Positions 10,273 to 20,274 are shown, counted from the first letter of the stretch. The stretch: 64,000 nt of DNA from Candidatus Doudnabacteria bacterium (GCA_016182875.1 JACPFQ010000010.1:1268-65267), one strand, 5' to 3'. Notes: generated by a model from the sequence alone, not told the origin. Translations and numbers: made by a program.

Positions 10273-10590
10273 TTAGTTAATCAATTTACCACACTTCCTG
10301 CATTTACGAAAATTTTTCTCATTATTCTTCTCGTGAGCTATCCTGGTGGGCTTGCCGCAATGGGGGCAGACCAGCATAACTTTAGCCGCCGGCATGGCGG
10401 CCGGGAATTCAAGCCGCTGCCCTTTCTCACCGCGTCTCTTGGGCCTGGCAAATCTATAATGGACATTCACGCCTTCGACCATCACTTTTGCGTCCTGTGG
10501 TAACGTCCTGATTACCTGCCCTTCTTTTCCTCGGTCTTTTCCAGAAAGGACTTTCACTCGATCGCCTTTTTTAACATTTAAATGCGTCAT
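10273..10590 (-). CDS. rplX: 50S ribosomal protein L24
   Basis: KKGDRVKVLSGKDRGKEG, VEGVN. Confidence 0.96.
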   Translation of the reverse strand: MTHLNVKKGDRVKVLSGKDRGKEGQVIRTLPQDAKVMVEGVNVHYRFARPKRRGEKGQRLEFPAAMPAAKVMLVCPHCGKPTRIAHEKNNEKNFRKCRKCGKLIN

Positions 10591-10599
10591 ATCTTTTCC

Positions 10600-10971
10600 C
10601 TATATTACCTCTGGGGCCAATGAAATAATCTTGGTAAATCCCAAGTCCCGCAGCTCTCTGGGTATGGGGCCGAAAATGCGCGTCCCGCGGGGCTCCTGCG
10701 TTCCTTTATTCACGAGCACCGCCGCATTATCATCAAATCGAATATATGACCCGTCTTCCCTTCGGACTTCTTTTCTCGTCCGGACAATTACCGCGTAGAC
10801 TTTCTCGCCTTTTTTTACCTGGCCCTTGGGAGCGGCGATTTTTACCGAAGCGGCAACCACCTCGCCCAAATGAGCAAACCGCCTGCGGTTTTTGCCGGAA
10901 ACTCCGAAAACAGCGATCTCCTTAGCGCCGGTGTTGTCTGCGACTTTTAATCTGGTTCTTAATTGAATCAT
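10600..10971 (-). CDS. rplN: 50S ribosomal protein L14
   Basis: [22 protein letters not shown]. Confidence 0.97.
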   Translation of the reverse strand: MIQLRTRLKVADNTGAKEIAVFGVSGKNRRRFAHLGEVVAASVKIAAPKGQVKKGEKVYAVIVRTRKEVRREDGSYIRFDDNAAVLVNKGTQEPRGTRIFGPIPRELRDLGFTKIISLAPEVI

Positions 10972-11201
10972 GTTACCTTCCTAAGTATCGTCCAATTCTT
11001 GGTGCGGCTCATAGGCTTGGTTTCTTGTATTTCGACCTTGTCGCCGACATTAAATTTATCTTGAGTGTGAGCCGCATATTTCCGATAAACTCGAAAACGC
11101 TTCTGATATTTTGGGTGGACCTTGGTAATTTCAACCTTCACGATTACCGTCTGGTTCATTTTATTCGAGCTTACTGTTCCAATTAAAGTCTTTTTTGCCA
11201 T
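10968..11201 (-). CDS. rpsQ: 30S ribosomal protein S17
   Basis: [21 protein letters not shown]. Confidence 0.95.
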   Translation of the reverse strand: MAKKTLIGTVSSNKMNQTVIVKVEITKVHPKYQKRFRVYRKYAAHTQDKFNVGDKVEIQETKPMSRTKNWTILRKVT

Positions 11202-11202
11202 G

Positions 11203-11391
11203 CTACTGCTTATTGATGTTAATTACGGTCAGAATCCGTGCGATGTCTTTCTTGATCTTGCGCAGCTGGTGGTTGTTCTTAACCTCTTTGGTATAAATCT
11301 TAAATCGAAGCTGCCGCAGCTGTTCGCGCAAACTGGCAAGCTGTTTAAACAACCTCTGGCTATTCATGGTTTTTAGTTCCTGCATCTTCAT
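11203..11391 (-). CDS. rpmC: 50S ribosomal protein L29
   Basis: KKDIARILT; operon position. Confidence 0.93.
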   Translation of the reverse strand: MKMQELKTMNSQRLFKQLASLREQLRQLRFKIYTKEVKNNHQLRKIKKDIARILTVININKQ

Positions 11392-11394
11392 AGA

Positions 11395-11808
11395 TTACCG
11401 ATTGTCCTTGGTTATAAATCTGGTTTTTACCGGCAATTTGTGGGCGGCCAGCCTCATGGCTTCGGCGGCCTGCTCCGGGGTAACTCCGTCCATTTCAAAT
11501 AACATTCGGCCTTTTTGGACTACGGCGACGAAGTGGTCCACTTGCCCCTTGCCGCTGCCCATCGGAGATTCGTTTCCATGGCTGGTAATCGGCTTGTCAG
11601 GAAAAACTCTAATCCAGATTTTGCCGCCGCGGGCAACATATCTGGTCATGGCCCGACGCGCCGCTTCTATTTGCCGGGAAGTAACCCAGCTGTTCTCCAA
11701 AGACTTAAGGCCAAAACTGCCAAAAGCAATCGTACTGCCGGAAAGAGCCTTGCCCTTCGATCTGCCGCGATGATGTTTTCGATGTTTAACTTTCTTTGGA
11801 AGTAGCAT
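11395..11808 (-). CDS. rplP: 50S ribosomal protein L16
   Basis: [22 protein letters not shown]. Confidence 0.97.
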   Translation of the reverse strand: MLLPKKVKHRKHHRGRSKGKALSGSTIAFGSFGLKSLENSWVTSRQIEAARRAMTRYVARGGKIWIRVFPDKPITSHGNESPMGSGKGQVDHFVAVVQKGRMLFEMDGVTPEQAAEAMRLAAHKLPVKTRFITKDNR

Positions 11809-11868
11809 GTGTCTGACTATTAACTATTTACTGTTGACCTTTGACCGTTAATGGTCAATCGTCAATTG

Positions 11869-12519
11869 TTATCGTTTAGGTTTTTGCTCATCAAAAACCT
11901 CACCCTTGTTAATCCAAACTTTGACCCCGATTGTGCCGTAAGTAGTGAAGGCGGTAGCCCTGGCAAAGTCGATATTGGCCCGCAAAGTATGCAGAGGGAG
12001 TTTGCCTTTGAACAGACGCTCGCTCCGCGCAATGTCAGCCCCGCCGATTCTTCCGGACACTTCTACTTTTATCCCTTCAGCGCCCGAATCCATAACTTGG
12101 TCAATCGCCTGCTTCATGGCGCGGCGATGGGAAATTCTTTTTTCCAGCTGGTCTGCGATGTTGGAAGCGACTATCTGGGACTGAAGATTAATGTCCCTAA
12201 CCTCTTCGATATTAATCTTAACGTCAAGCTTTTTATTAAGCTGTTTGGCAATTTTTTTCTTCAATTCCTCAATTCCGCCGCCGCCCTTGCCGATTATCAT
12301 TCCCGGCTTGGTGGTTTTAATCGTGACGTTAATGCCGTTGCCAAACCTTTCGATGTCGACTCTAACCACGCCAGCCTTGCGCAAATGACTGAACAGAAAA
12401 TTTCTCATCAGTGAATCCTGCTTCAGATACTCAGAAAAATTCTTGCGCGAAAACCATCTTGATTTCCAAGTGTCGGTGATTTTTAGTCTTAAGCTGTTGG
12501 CGTTTACCTTTTGCCCCAT
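11869..12519 (-). CDS. rpsC: 30S ribosomal protein S3
   Basis: MGQKVN, KH domain, PLHTLRANID. Confidence 0.97.
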   Translation of the reverse strand: MGQKVNANSLRLKITDTWKSRWFSRKNFSEYLKQDSLMRNFLFSHLRKAGVVRVDIERFGNGINVTIKTTKPGMIIGKGGGGIEELKKKIAKQLNKKLDVKINIEEVRDINLQSQIVASNIADQLEKRISHRRAMKQAIDQVMDSGAEGIKVEVSGRIGGADIARSERLFKGKLPLHTLRANIDFARATAFTTYGTIGVKVWINKGEVFDEQKPKR

Positions 12520-12520
12520 T

Positions 12521-13096
12521 CTAAGTTCCTGACTTGCGGTTAAATAATCTTCGCTTCAAATCGACTAAGTGGCGCTTGATTTTTTCTTCCGACTTAGGCG
12601 GCTGCTTGATTTTTGGCACTGTTCGCTCAACCTTGTCCACAGCTTGTGACTCCTGCTTAGTTACCTGCTTTGCTTCCGGCTTATCTATTACTTTCGGAAG
12701 GGCTCGGAATATAGACCGCTTGGACTTGCGCCCAGCAGGCTTAAATTCCAACAAGACATTAATGTGGCTGGTTCGCTTCCGGACCAGAAACGCGCGGCCT
12801 TGGGCCCGAGGGGCCGCTTTCTTAATCACCGGGCCGGGGTCAATCGTCAATTTTTTGATATACAGCTGCTCTTTGTTCAAATCAAAATTGTGAACCGCGT
12901 TGGCCACTGCTGAATTAAGGGCTTTCATGATTGGAAGAGCGGCTTTCTTGTGCGAAAATTTAAGCTGCATCAGAGCCTCATCAACGGAGTTGCGGTCAAT
13001 TAAGTCAGCCACCAAACGAAGCTTGCGCGGGGATACATGAATGTACCTCGCGTACGCCTTGACCTCTTTGGTTGTTTGCTTATCTTGAGCGGTCAT
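12521..13096 (-). CDS. rplV: 50S ribosomal protein L22 with long basic C-terminal extension
   Basis: SPRKLRLVAD, PRAQGRA, RTSHI, then about 70 extra residues. Confidence 0.95.
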   Translation of the reverse strand: MTAQDKQTTKEVKAYARYIHVSPRKLRLVADLIDRNSVDEALMQLKFSHKKAALPIMKALNSAVANAVHNFDLNKEQLYIKKLTIDPGPVIKKAAPRAQGRAFLVRKRTSHINVLLEFKPAGRKSKRSIFRALPKVIDKPEAKQVTKQESQAVDKVERTVPKIKQPPKSEEKIKRHLVDLKRRLFNRKSGT

Positions 13097-13104
13097 AGTT
13101 ATCG

Positions 13105-13446
13105 TTATTTCTTGGGCTCTGACTCAGCTTTAGCCGCTTCCATTTGCCGCTTTTCCGCCTCCGCCGCGGCCATCGCTTCCTCTTTGGCCATGCGGCCTCC
13201 GTGCCTGGTGAATTTCCTGGTCAGCGCGAACTCGCCAAGCCGGTGTCCGACCATGTTCTCGTTGATGTTGACGGTTATGAAATTCTTGCCGTTGTGAACT
13301 TGGAAAGTCAAACCGACCATCTCAGGAAAAATAGTTGAATCGCGCGACCAGGTCTTAATCTCGACCTTTTTGCCGACCTTGGCTTTTTGAACTTTTTCCC
13401 AAAGCTTCGGGTCTACAAACGGTCCTTTTTTCAGTGATCTGCTCAT
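13105..13446 (-). CDS. rpsS: 30S ribosomal protein S19
   Basis: [19 protein letters not shown]. Confidence 0.97.
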   Translation of the reverse strand: MSRSLKKGPFVDPKLWEKVQKAKVGKKVEIKTWSRDSTIFPEMVGLTFQVHNGKNFITVNINENMVGHRLGEFALTRKFTRHGGRMAKEEAMAAAEAEKRQMEAAKAESEPKK

Positions 13447-13473
13447 ATTATTTAGTGAATCTAAAAGTTAAAA

Positions 13474-14304
13474 TTATTTCCTACGCTGAACAATAAACTT
13501 ACTGCTTGCTTTCTTGGGGTTGCGGGTCTTTACACCTAACGCATGTTTTCCCCAAGGCGTCTTCGGATACTTCAAACCAATCGGGTTGTGGCCCTCGCCT
13601 CCGCCATGAGGATGATCGACTGGATTCATGACTTTGCCTCGGACTGTCGGCCTAATCCCCATATGTCGAGTTCTTCCGGCTTTGCCGATGCGCACATACA
13701 TCCAGTCAACGTTGGAAACCTGGCCGATGGTGGCATAAGCGTCGCCAGAAACCCGGCGGATTTCGCCTGAAGGCATCTTAAGCAGCACGGAGTCTCCCTC
13801 AGACGCCTGAATTATGGCATAGGCTCCGGCAGATCTGGCAATTTGGCCCCCGCCCGTTTTATCAATCTGAATATTGTGCACATAAGCGCCAACCGGAATA
13901 TTTTTTAGCATCATCCTATTGCCCACCTTGACATCGGTCCTGGGAGCAGTGAGGATCGTGTGTCCAACCCGAAGGCCGTCAGGAGCCAAGATATAGCGCT
14001 TTTCGCCATCCTTATAAGCCACCAGAGAAATAAACGCGCTGCGGGCCGGATCGTATTCCAAAGTCTTTATTGAAGCCTCGATATTCATTTTTTGCCGCGC
14101 AAAGTCCACTTCCCTTACTTTATAACGATGCCCGCCGCCATGATGACGGACCGTGATTTTGCCCTGGTTGTTGCGGCCGGCTCGGCCGAACTTGCGCGCA
14201 ATCAAGCTTCGCGGAGCCTTGGTTTTTTTGCTCAAAACCGAATAGTCGGTAACCGACATGATTCTGCGCCCGGGGCTGGTAGGTTTGTACTGCTTGATGG
14301 CCAT
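13474..14304 (-). CDS. rplB: 50S ribosomal protein L2
   Basis: GRNNQGKITVRH, MNPVDHPHGGG. Confidence 0.98.
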   Translation of the reverse strand: MAIKQYKPTSPGRRIMSVTDYSVLSKKTKAPRSLIARKFGRAGRNNQGKITVRHHGGGHRYKVREVDFARQKMNIEASIKTLEYDPARSAFISLVAYKDGEKRYILAPDGLRVGHTILTAPRTDVKVGNRMMLKNIPVGAYVHNIQIDKTGGGQIARSAGAYAIIQASEGDSVLLKMPSGEIRRVSGDAYATIGQVSNVDWMYVRIGKAGRTRHMGIRPTVRGKVMNPVDHPHGGGEGHNPIGLKYPKTPWGKHALGVKTRNPKKASSKFIVQRRK

Positions 14305-14305
14305 G

Positions 14306-14758
14306 CTAGATTCCTTCGACTAATCCTTCAATTTTTTCACCGGTTTTCAGGGTCACGACCGCTTTTTTCCAATCAGAGGTTTTGCCGAACTTTCTGCCCA
14401 TGCGGCGCATCTTACCCTTGGTGTTAATGACGTTGACCGCGGTGACGTGAACGTCAAATGTTTTTTCAACAGCCTTTTTCACGTCAATTTTATTCGCTTT
14501 GGGATTAACTTTAAACACATACCGGCCAACTGTCGAAAGCGCGTTGGTTTTTTCGGAAAGGTGGACTGAACTCAGAACTCTATAAGCCCGTCCCGTATCA
14601 TCTTTGAGCACTACTTCCTTTTTGGGTGTTTCTTGCTGCGGCTCTTTGACCATATCCCCGCCTTCGCTCACGCTTCGGCGGGCAGGCAAAACATTTTCTT
14701 GGACCCTTTTATTCCCTTTATCCCCCTTATTCCCTTTTATCTTATCCAATAATCCCAT
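14306..14758 (-). CDS. rplW: 50S ribosomal protein L23 with repeat-derived N-terminal extension
   Basis: SEK...YVFKV...ANKIDVKKAVE...WKKAVVTL. Confidence 0.93.
   Translation of the reverse strand: MGLLDKIKGNKGDKGNKRVQENVLPARRSVSEGGDMVKEPQQETPKKEVVLKDDTGRAYRVLSSVHLSEKTNALSTVGRYVFKVNPKANKIDVKKAVEKTFDVHVTAVNVINTKGKMRRMGRKFGKTSDWKKAVVTLKTGEKIEGLVEGI
14657..14687. repeat. CCCGCCTTCGC-N-GCTTCGGCGGG palindromic element inside rplW
   Basis: Near-identical to 25800-25829 and (reversed) 52741-52770. Confidence 0.8.
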
Positions 14759-14760
14759 AA

Positions 14761-15399
14761 TTATTTCAAGTAGCTTTCTTCAATGACGCTTAAGGCTTCC
14801 TCGGTAATTACCAGGTCATGCTTGAGCAAATCAATAATATTCAGCTGGCTGGCCGCCAGAACCTTAAAGTCTCCAAGGTTCCGCGCCGCCTGCATAATCT
14901 TCTTGTTGGATTTGGGAATGATCAGGGCGACCTTAATGCCCAGGCCCGCGGGTTTTGCTATTTCCGAGATTGTTTTTTGGAATTGGGAAGTTTTTTCGAC
15001 TTCGGGAAAGTCATCCAGCACCACCAATTTATTGCTCAATAACTTGTCGCTAAGAATCGTAAACAGCGCTTTTCTAAATGCGTTTTTATTCAGCTTCATC
15101 GAAAAGTTTCTGTCGCTTCGCGGTCCAAAGGTCACCCCGCCGCCTCGCCACAAAGGGGATCTGATGGAGCCCACTCGGGCTCGGCCTGTGCCTTTTTGCT
15201 TCCATGGCTTCTTGCCGCCGCCGGAAACCTCACCGCGATTTTTGACATGTCCGATAGCGCGCCGCAGATTGTTGCGCTGGGCGCGGACCGCGAAGTGCAC
15301 CAAAAACGGGTCTATCTTATCAAGTCCAAAAACTTTCTGATTCAGCTCCATTTCAGAAACTTTCTCGCCAACTTTGTTGTAGACTGCGGCTTTCGTCAT
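14761..15399 (-). CDS. rplD: 50S ribosomal protein L4
   Basis: GGGKKPWKQKGTGRARVGS; start at MTKAAVY. Confidence 0.96.
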   Translation of the reverse strand: MTKAAVYNKVGEKVSEMELNQKVFGLDKIDPFLVHFAVRAQRNNLRRAIGHVKNRGEVSGGGKKPWKQKGTGRARVGSIRSPLWRGGGVTFGPRSDRNFSMKLNKNAFRKALFTILSDKLLSNKLVVLDDFPEVEKTSQFQKTISEIAKPAGLGIKVALIIPKSNKKIMQAARNLGDFKVLAASQLNIIDLLKHDLVITEEALSVIEESYLK

Positions 15400-15401
15400 A
15401 G

Positions 15402-16004
15402 TTATTGCCTGATTACGTCGGGGTGATCGGTAAAAACCCCATCGACTCCTAATCTTTTCACGTCTTCGAACAGGTTTTGTTCGTTTATCACAAAGGTATA
15501 AATCTGGAAACCCAATCTTCGCATCCACCACATACGCGCCGCAGTAAGAAGCGAGTAATGCGGATGGATTGAGTAAATTCTTAAATAATGGGAAAGTAGT
15601 ATCAAGAAGCTGAAGTAACGATTCATTTTTTGATTGATCGCCAGGCCCAGCTTGATATTTCTGTCCAAACTTCTGATCTTTCGCAAAATTTTAAGTTTAA
15701 ACGACGAGATCAGGACTTCAGACGGAAAATCCTTAATCATTTCGAGAAGCTGTTTTTCAAATCCGCTTTCTTTGATTTCCAAATGCAGTGCGACATTTAC
15801 TGCTTTCAAAACTTCTGTCAGCCGAGCTGAGCGCGGGTAAATTTTTTCCGGGTCCGCGTCGTGAGCGACTACGATTACACCATTTCTGTCTAGCCGCAAA
15901 TCCATTTCCACCGCATCCACTCCCAGCTCTATTGCTTTTTTGAAAGAACCAATCGTGTTCTCCGGTTCGAGCCCGGCCGCCCCTCTGTGCCCTATGATCA
16001 GCAT
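15402..16004 (-). CDS. Glycerophosphodiester phosphodiesterase family protein
   Basis: IGHRGA, PENT, VEMD, VVAHD, GVFTDHP. Confidence 0.9.
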   Translation of the reverse strand: MLIIGHRGAAGLEPENTIGSFKKAIELGVDAVEMDLRLDRNGVIVVAHDADPEKIYPRSARLTEVLKAVNVALHLEIKESGFEKQLLEMIKDFPSEVLISSFKLKILRKIRSLDRNIKLGLAINQKMNRYFSFLILLSHYLRIYSIHPHYSLLTAARMWWMRRLGFQIYTFVINEQNLFEDVKRLGVDGVFTDHPDVIRQ

Positions 16005-16017
16005 ACGGATTCGGAAC

Positions 16018-16146
16018 GCGAGGGCTGGCGGCAAAAACTAGCTTTCGCAGACCGGCTCCATCCGGCCGAGAACGCAGGTCGCAAAATTTGCGGCTTCCAT
16101 GCCCAAATTTTGACGACCGGTAGTTTTTGCCCGACAGCCCGAGCGC
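16018..16146. repeat. Structured 110-130 bp element, copy 2
   Basis: Homologous to 2701-2808; abuts rplC stop codon. Confidence 0.85.
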
Positions 16147-16710
16147 TCATACGCTCTGAATCCTCACTATGCCGCCTCGAGCCCCAGGTACTGCTCCCTT
16201 CACTGCTATCAAATTCCGAGCAGAATCGACTTCCACTACTTCTAAATTTCTTACCGTTCTTATTCCACCCATCCTGCCGGCCATTCTTGTGCCCTTCATG
16301 ACATGCTGCGGAAACCTGCCGCCTATCGAACCCACCGCCCGGGGATGGTCGTGGCCGTGGGAAGCGGGAGCGCCTTTGAAGCTGTACTTCTTCACCGGCC
16401 CGGTAAATCCCCTGCCCTTCATTTGAGCTGTGACCTTAACGCGGTCTCCTGCCTGAAAAACATCCACTTTAACTTCTTGATCTTTGGCGAAGTCCTTAAC
16501 ATCGCTGGCCCGAAACTCGGACAATTTGCGGAATGGCCGCTTTTTGCTTTTACCAAACCCAACCTGTACCGCCTGGTACTTGTCGTTTTCCATGGTTTTA
16601 ACCTGGGTCACCTTCACCGGTCCCGCACGCAAAATCGTCACCGGGATAGACTTGCCATCCTTGAAAATCTGGGACATATTCAGTTTTTCCGCCAAAATGA
16701 ATTTAGTCAT
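16147..16710 (-). CDS. rplC: 50S ribosomal protein L3
   Basis: PVT, YQAVQVGF, KGRGFTG, ASHG, KGAVPG. Confidence 0.96.
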   Translation of the reverse strand: MTKFILAEKLNMSQIFKDGKSIPVTILRAGPVKVTQVKTMENDKYQAVQVGFGKSKKRPFRKLSEFRASDVKDFAKDQEVKVDVFQAGDRVKVTAQMKGRGFTGPVKKYSFKGAPASHGHDHPRAVGSIGGRFPQHVMKGTRMAGRMGGIRTVRNLEVVEVDSARNLIAVKGAVPGARGGIVRIQSV

Positions 16711-16808
16711 AGCATCCGGTTTAAAAAACCGCTCAGGATCCCTTTTTAACAAAGAAGCCTAAGCGGTTCTTCATTCGTTGGCGATATCCTTTGGGATCAG
16801 TCCAACTT

Positions 16809-17138
16809 TTACATTTTAATCTCTACGTCTACACCGGCCGGCAAATTCAGATTCGACAAGGCGTCAATGGTTTTGGGAGTCGGGTTGGAAATGTCGATTA
16901 ATCTTTTGTGAAGCCGCATCTCAAATTGCTCACGCGAGTTCTTGTGCACGAACGTAGACTTGTTAACGGTATACTTGGTTTTTTCGGTCGGCAGCGGCAC
17001 CGGGCCTAAGACTTTGGCTTGAGTCCTTTTGGCGGTATCGACGATCTGGCGCGCAGACTGATCTATAAGCTTATGGTCATAAGCTCTGATTTTTATCCTT
17101 ATTCGTCCTGATTCTTGCTTTTCTTGTTGTTGCGGCAT
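16809..17138 (-). CDS. rpsJ: 30S ribosomal protein S10
   Basis: [24 protein letters not shown]. Confidence 0.97.
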   Translation of the reverse strand: MPQQQEKQESGRIRIKIRAYDHKLIDQSARQIVDTAKRTQAKVLGPVPLPTEKTKYTVNKSTFVHKNSREQFEMRLHKRLIDISNPTPKTIDALSNLNLPAGVDVEIKM

Positions 17139-17175
17139 CTCAAATTAATTAAAGTTTTTTAAGTACAGCTTGCTT

Positions 17176-17204
17176 ATTTTACATAAAAGAGCCACTCAGG
17201 TCAA
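17176..17204 (-). promoter_or_regulatory. Sigma70-like promoter of the S10 operon
   Basis: TTGACC-17-TAAAAT. Confidence 0.6.
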
Positions 17205-17220
17205 CCCTAGGATTCTAGAA

Positions 17221-17345
17221 GCGAGGGATAGTTGCAAAACTAGCCTTCGCAGGCCGGCTCATCCGGCCGAGAACGCAGGCTGCAAAATTTGGCTTATCAA
17301 TGCCGAATTTTGACAGCCGGTAGTTTTGCAATCTATCCCGAGCGA
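17221..17345. repeat. Structured 110-130 bp element, copy 3
   Basis: Homologous to 2701-2808 and 16018-16146. Confidence 0.85.
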
Positions 17346-17371
17346 CTGACCCGTCGCCCAAAGAGTATCAA

Positions 17372-17400
17372 AAGGACTAGCCTTGGCTAGGCTAGCCCTT
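17372..17400 (-). terminator. Hairpin terminator after tuf
   Basis: CTAGCC...GGCTAG inverted repeat just after the stop. Confidence 0.5.
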
Positions 17401-17404
17401 TATT

Positions 17405-18592
17405 TTATTTGTTAATCTTGAGCACCACGCCAGCGCCTACAGTGTGTCCGCCTTCTCTGATTGCGAATCGTTGCTTTTCTTCCAATGCGACCGGGCTGAT
17501 GAGCTTAATCTCCAAACTGACGGTATCGCCAGGCATGACCATTTCTTGGCCGGCAGGTAATTCAACCTCGCCGGTGACATCAGTGGTTCGGATGTAAAAT
17601 TGCGGCTTGTAGCCTTTGAAAAACGGAGTGTGGCGTCCGCCTTCTTCCTTGGTCAGAATGTAAACTTCAGCGTCAAATTCGGTGTGAGGAGTCACTGAAC
17701 CGGGTTTGGCCAAAACTTGTCCGCGTTCAACTTCATCCTTTTTGGTTCCCCGAAGGAGAACCCCGGCATTATCTCCGGCGCGGCCTTCATCCAATTGCTT
17801 GTTAAACATCTCAATTCCTGTGACCACGGTCTTGCTGGTCGGACGCAATCCCACAATTTCAACTTCACCATTAAGTTTAACCACTCCTCTTTCGATTCTT
17901 CCGGTCACAACCGTGCCGCGGCCTTCGATTGAGAAGATGTCTTCAATCGGCATCAAATACGGCTTATCGACTTCGCGGACCGGTTCAGGAATATAAGTGT
18001 CCAGGGCTTCCACCAACTTCAAAATCGACGGTTCGCCGATTTCGGAGCTGTCGCCTTCCAAAGCCTTGAGCGCTGAGCCGCGAATAATCGGTGTTTCTTT
18101 GCCCGGGAATTGATATTTGGTCAAAAGGTCTCGCACTTCTTCCTCGACGAGGTCCAAAAGCTCTTTGTCGTCAACCATGTCAACTTTGTTGAGATAAACA
18201 ATAATGTAAGGAACTCCGACCTGGCGGGCCAAAAGAATGTGTTCGCGAGTCTGAGGCATAGGGCCGTCGGCGGCAGACACGACCAAAACCGCGCCATCCA
18301 TCTGGGCCGCCCCCGTAATCATGTTTTTGATGTAGTCAGCGTGCCCTGGGCAGTCAACGTGGGCATAATGCCTTTTTTCGGATTCATACTCCACGTGAGT
18401 GGTATTGATTGTAATACCGCGCGCCTTCTCTTCCGGCGCATTGTCAATCGAATCATATCCCCGCGCTTTGGCCTTGCCTTGCTTGGCCAAAACCGTGGTG
18501 ATTGCCGCGGTCAAAGTGGTCTTGCCATGGTCAACGTGGCCAATGGTGCCGATGTTGATGTGCGGCTTATCTCGCTTAAATTGCTCCGCCAT
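17405..18592 (-). CDS. tuf: Elongation factor Tu
   Basis: [21 protein letters not shown]. Confidence 0.99.
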   Translation of the reverse strand: MAEQFKRDKPHINIGTIGHVDHGKTTLTAAITTVLAKQGKAKARGYDSIDNAPEEKARGITINTTHVEYESEKRHYAHVDCPGHADYIKNMITGAAQMDGAVLVVSAADGPMPQTREHILLARQVGVPYIIVYLNKVDMVDDKELLDLVEEEVRDLLTKYQFPGKETPIIRGSALKALEGDSSEIGEPSILKLVEALDTYIPEPVREVDKPYLMPIEDIFSIEGRGTVVTGRIERGVVKLNGEVEIVGLRPTSKTVVTGIEMFNKQLDEGRAGDNAGVLLRGTKKDEVERGQVLAKPGSVTPHTEFDAEVYILTKEEGGRHTPFFKGYKPQFYIRTTDVTGEVELPAGQEMVMPGDTVSLEIKLISPVALEEKQRFAIREGGHTVGAGVVLKINK

Positions 18593-18747
18593 AAATTCTT
18601 GGTTTATCCTTGCTGAAATATGGTAGAAACTAGCTCGCTACGCTCGCGAAATTGATAGAAATTGGCCGTAGCTAATCTCTACTAGTTTCGCAGCCGAAGG
18701 CTGCATATTTCTATATATTTCTAAACAGCTTAATTAATAGCCCTAAG

Positions 18748-18776
18748 ATTATAATGCTTTCGCTCCCTTTTGTAAA
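18748..18776 (-). promoter_or_regulatory. Sigma70-like promoter of tuf
   Basis: TTTACA-17-TATAAT. Confidence 0.55.
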
Positions 18777-18839
18777 GGGCCTGATAATCTTAATACTTTT
18801 TCACGAAACGGTCAAATGGCTATGATTACTTTCAATTTA

Positions 18840-18885
18840 TCCTTCTCCCCTTGCGGGAGAAGGTGGCCGCAGGCCGGATGAGGGG
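18840..18885. repeat. CCTTCTCCC...GGGAGAAGG palindromic element
   Basis: Same family as 24070-24195, 56997-57145 and 59660-59750. Confidence 0.7.
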
Positions 18886-18937
18886 TAGCAAAGTACCCGC
18901 ATTAAGGCTATGATTTGAATACCAGAAGGAGGAAACA

Positions 18938-19150
18938 GTGGCGAAAACACGCCGGAAAGCTCCTCAGAAGCAAGAAAAGCCAGACTTTGGCAGGCTGTTC
19001 CTCCAGGTGTTTTTGTTTGTTCGGGGCGTCAGCAGCGACAACCCAAAAACCCAAAAGCGCTGTGGCAGACTGCTCAACGAACTCGCCGAAAAACGCAAAC
19101 CCAGGAAACGGAAGCTAGCGAGGAGACGTCATGGCAAGGCCGAGAACTAA
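18938..19150 (+). CDS. Small basic hypothetical protein
   Basis: AAGGAGG SD before GTG. Confidence 0.55.
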   Translation: MAKTRRKAPQKQEKPDFGRLFLQVFLFVRGVSSDNPKTQKRCGRLLNELAEKRKPRKRKLARRRHGKAEN

Positions 19151-19397
19151 CTGTTCTTCGGAAGCGGACGTGATGAGGCTCGTTAACTACGTGCTCAATC
19201 ACGACGGTCCCGACGAGCACCGCGAGACGCAGAAACACCTCAAGGTATGCGGTGAGTGTCGGGAAATGCTTACACTCATGCGCAAAGCCAAACGGCGCAT
19301 GACTAACCCCAACCCCGGGATTTCCATGGCTCTCCGCGCTTCAAAGGCAGAGAAAGCCAGAAAAGCTTTCAGAATCGTGCACAACGAAACGCGCTAA
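19131..19397 (+). CDS. Small protein with zinc anti-sigma-like HxxxCxxC (zf-HC2) motif
   Basis: HLKVCGEC; GAGGAG SD. Confidence 0.6.
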   Translation: MARPRTNCSSEADVMRLVNYVLNHDGPDEHRETQKHLKVCGECREMLTLMRKAKRRMTNPNPGISMALRASKAEKARKAFRIVHNETR

Positions 19398-19410
19398 CGA
19401 GGAGGCGCTT

Positions 19411-19575
19411 ATGGCAATTGCGTTGTGGGTTCTCAGTGCGGTCGCGCTGGTTCTCCTCGCTGGGGGTTTGATCTTGCGTCATTGGGCGGGGAAACCAATC
19501 AGCACCTTTGAACCGCGACCCATGGGGCGAGAATATTCCCCATACGACCCTGACGATCCTGAGTACATCGGGTAG
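19411..19575 (+). CDS. 54-aa single-TM microprotein (below ORF-track cutoff)
   Basis: GAGGAGG SD; MAIALWVLSAVALVLLAGGLILRHW... Confidence 0.6.
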   Translation: MAIALWVLSAVALVLLAGGLILRHWAGKPISTFEPRPMGREYSPYDPDDPEYIG

Positions 19576-19596
19576 AATCTTTAGCGGGAGGTGGCT

Positions 19597-19797
19597 ATGC
19601 CCGAGAAGTGGCGTGTGGTAGAAGTCGACCCAAATTGCGGCGCGGAAATCACGGGCCGAGACGCAGACAGTGAAGAAGACGCGCTCATGGCTGCCGGACT
19701 CATGAAAGGCTACCGGCTCATCAGGCGCCCGGACGGAAGCTGGTTTCAGTACGACCCGCCTGAGCCGAAGCCCGTGGACAGAGTTGATTGGTTCTAA
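19597..19797 (+). CDS. Small hypothetical protein
   Basis: GGGAGGT SD before ATG 19597. Confidence 0.55.
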   Translation: MPEKWRVVEVDPNCGAEITGRDADSEEDALMAAGLMKGYRLIRRPDGSWFQYDPPEPKPVDRVDWF

Positions 19798-19808
19798 AGG
19801 AGGGTGCC

Positions 19809-19997
19809 ATGACTTACGATCCGCAGGAGCTCCAGCGGCGGCACAACGAGACACAATGGCCTGGCGGCCATGATCCCGAAATTCGCGAATTCACGACGCA
19901 GCCGCGCCAACTGGAAAAAGCTGTTCGTGAAAAGCTCTCGCCCCGCCCGACCGGAAAGCGTGTTGAGCCCGGCGAACCAACCCATGGCGGAATCTAA
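19809..19997 (+). CDS. Small hypothetical protein
   Basis: AAGGAGG SD before ATG 19809. Confidence 0.55.
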   Translation: MTYDPQELQRRHNETQWPGGHDPEIREFTTQPRQLEKAVREKLSPRPTGKRVEPGEPTHGGI

Positions 19998-20169
19998 AGC
20001 AATGCTCACGAGTCCTGTTCCACTGGACCCCGGCAGACACGACGTGCCCATTCTGCCGCCGCCATTTCCAATAGATCCTAACTACCAGCCCGACAAACCT
20101 GTCTTGCCGGTAGTAGAAGAGGAGGAGCCCGAAGAGGACGGCGAAGATCCGGCCAGCGACGACGATTAG
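19984..20169 (+). CDS. Small Pro-rich/acidic hypothetical protein
   Basis: Overlaps previous stop; ends in an acidic tail, followed by a T-run. Confidence 0.45.
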   Translation: MAESKAMLTSPVPLDPGRHDVPILPPPFPIDPNYQPDKPVLPVVEEEEPEEDGEDPASDDD

Positions 20170-20274
20170 TCAACCTGCGCTAACCGTCTTTTTTTATTTA
20201 AAGAGCCTTGTTCGCCCCAACGGCTCAAGTACTTGAGGCGTTAAAATACTTGCTTACGGGCCAGTAAGCAAGTC

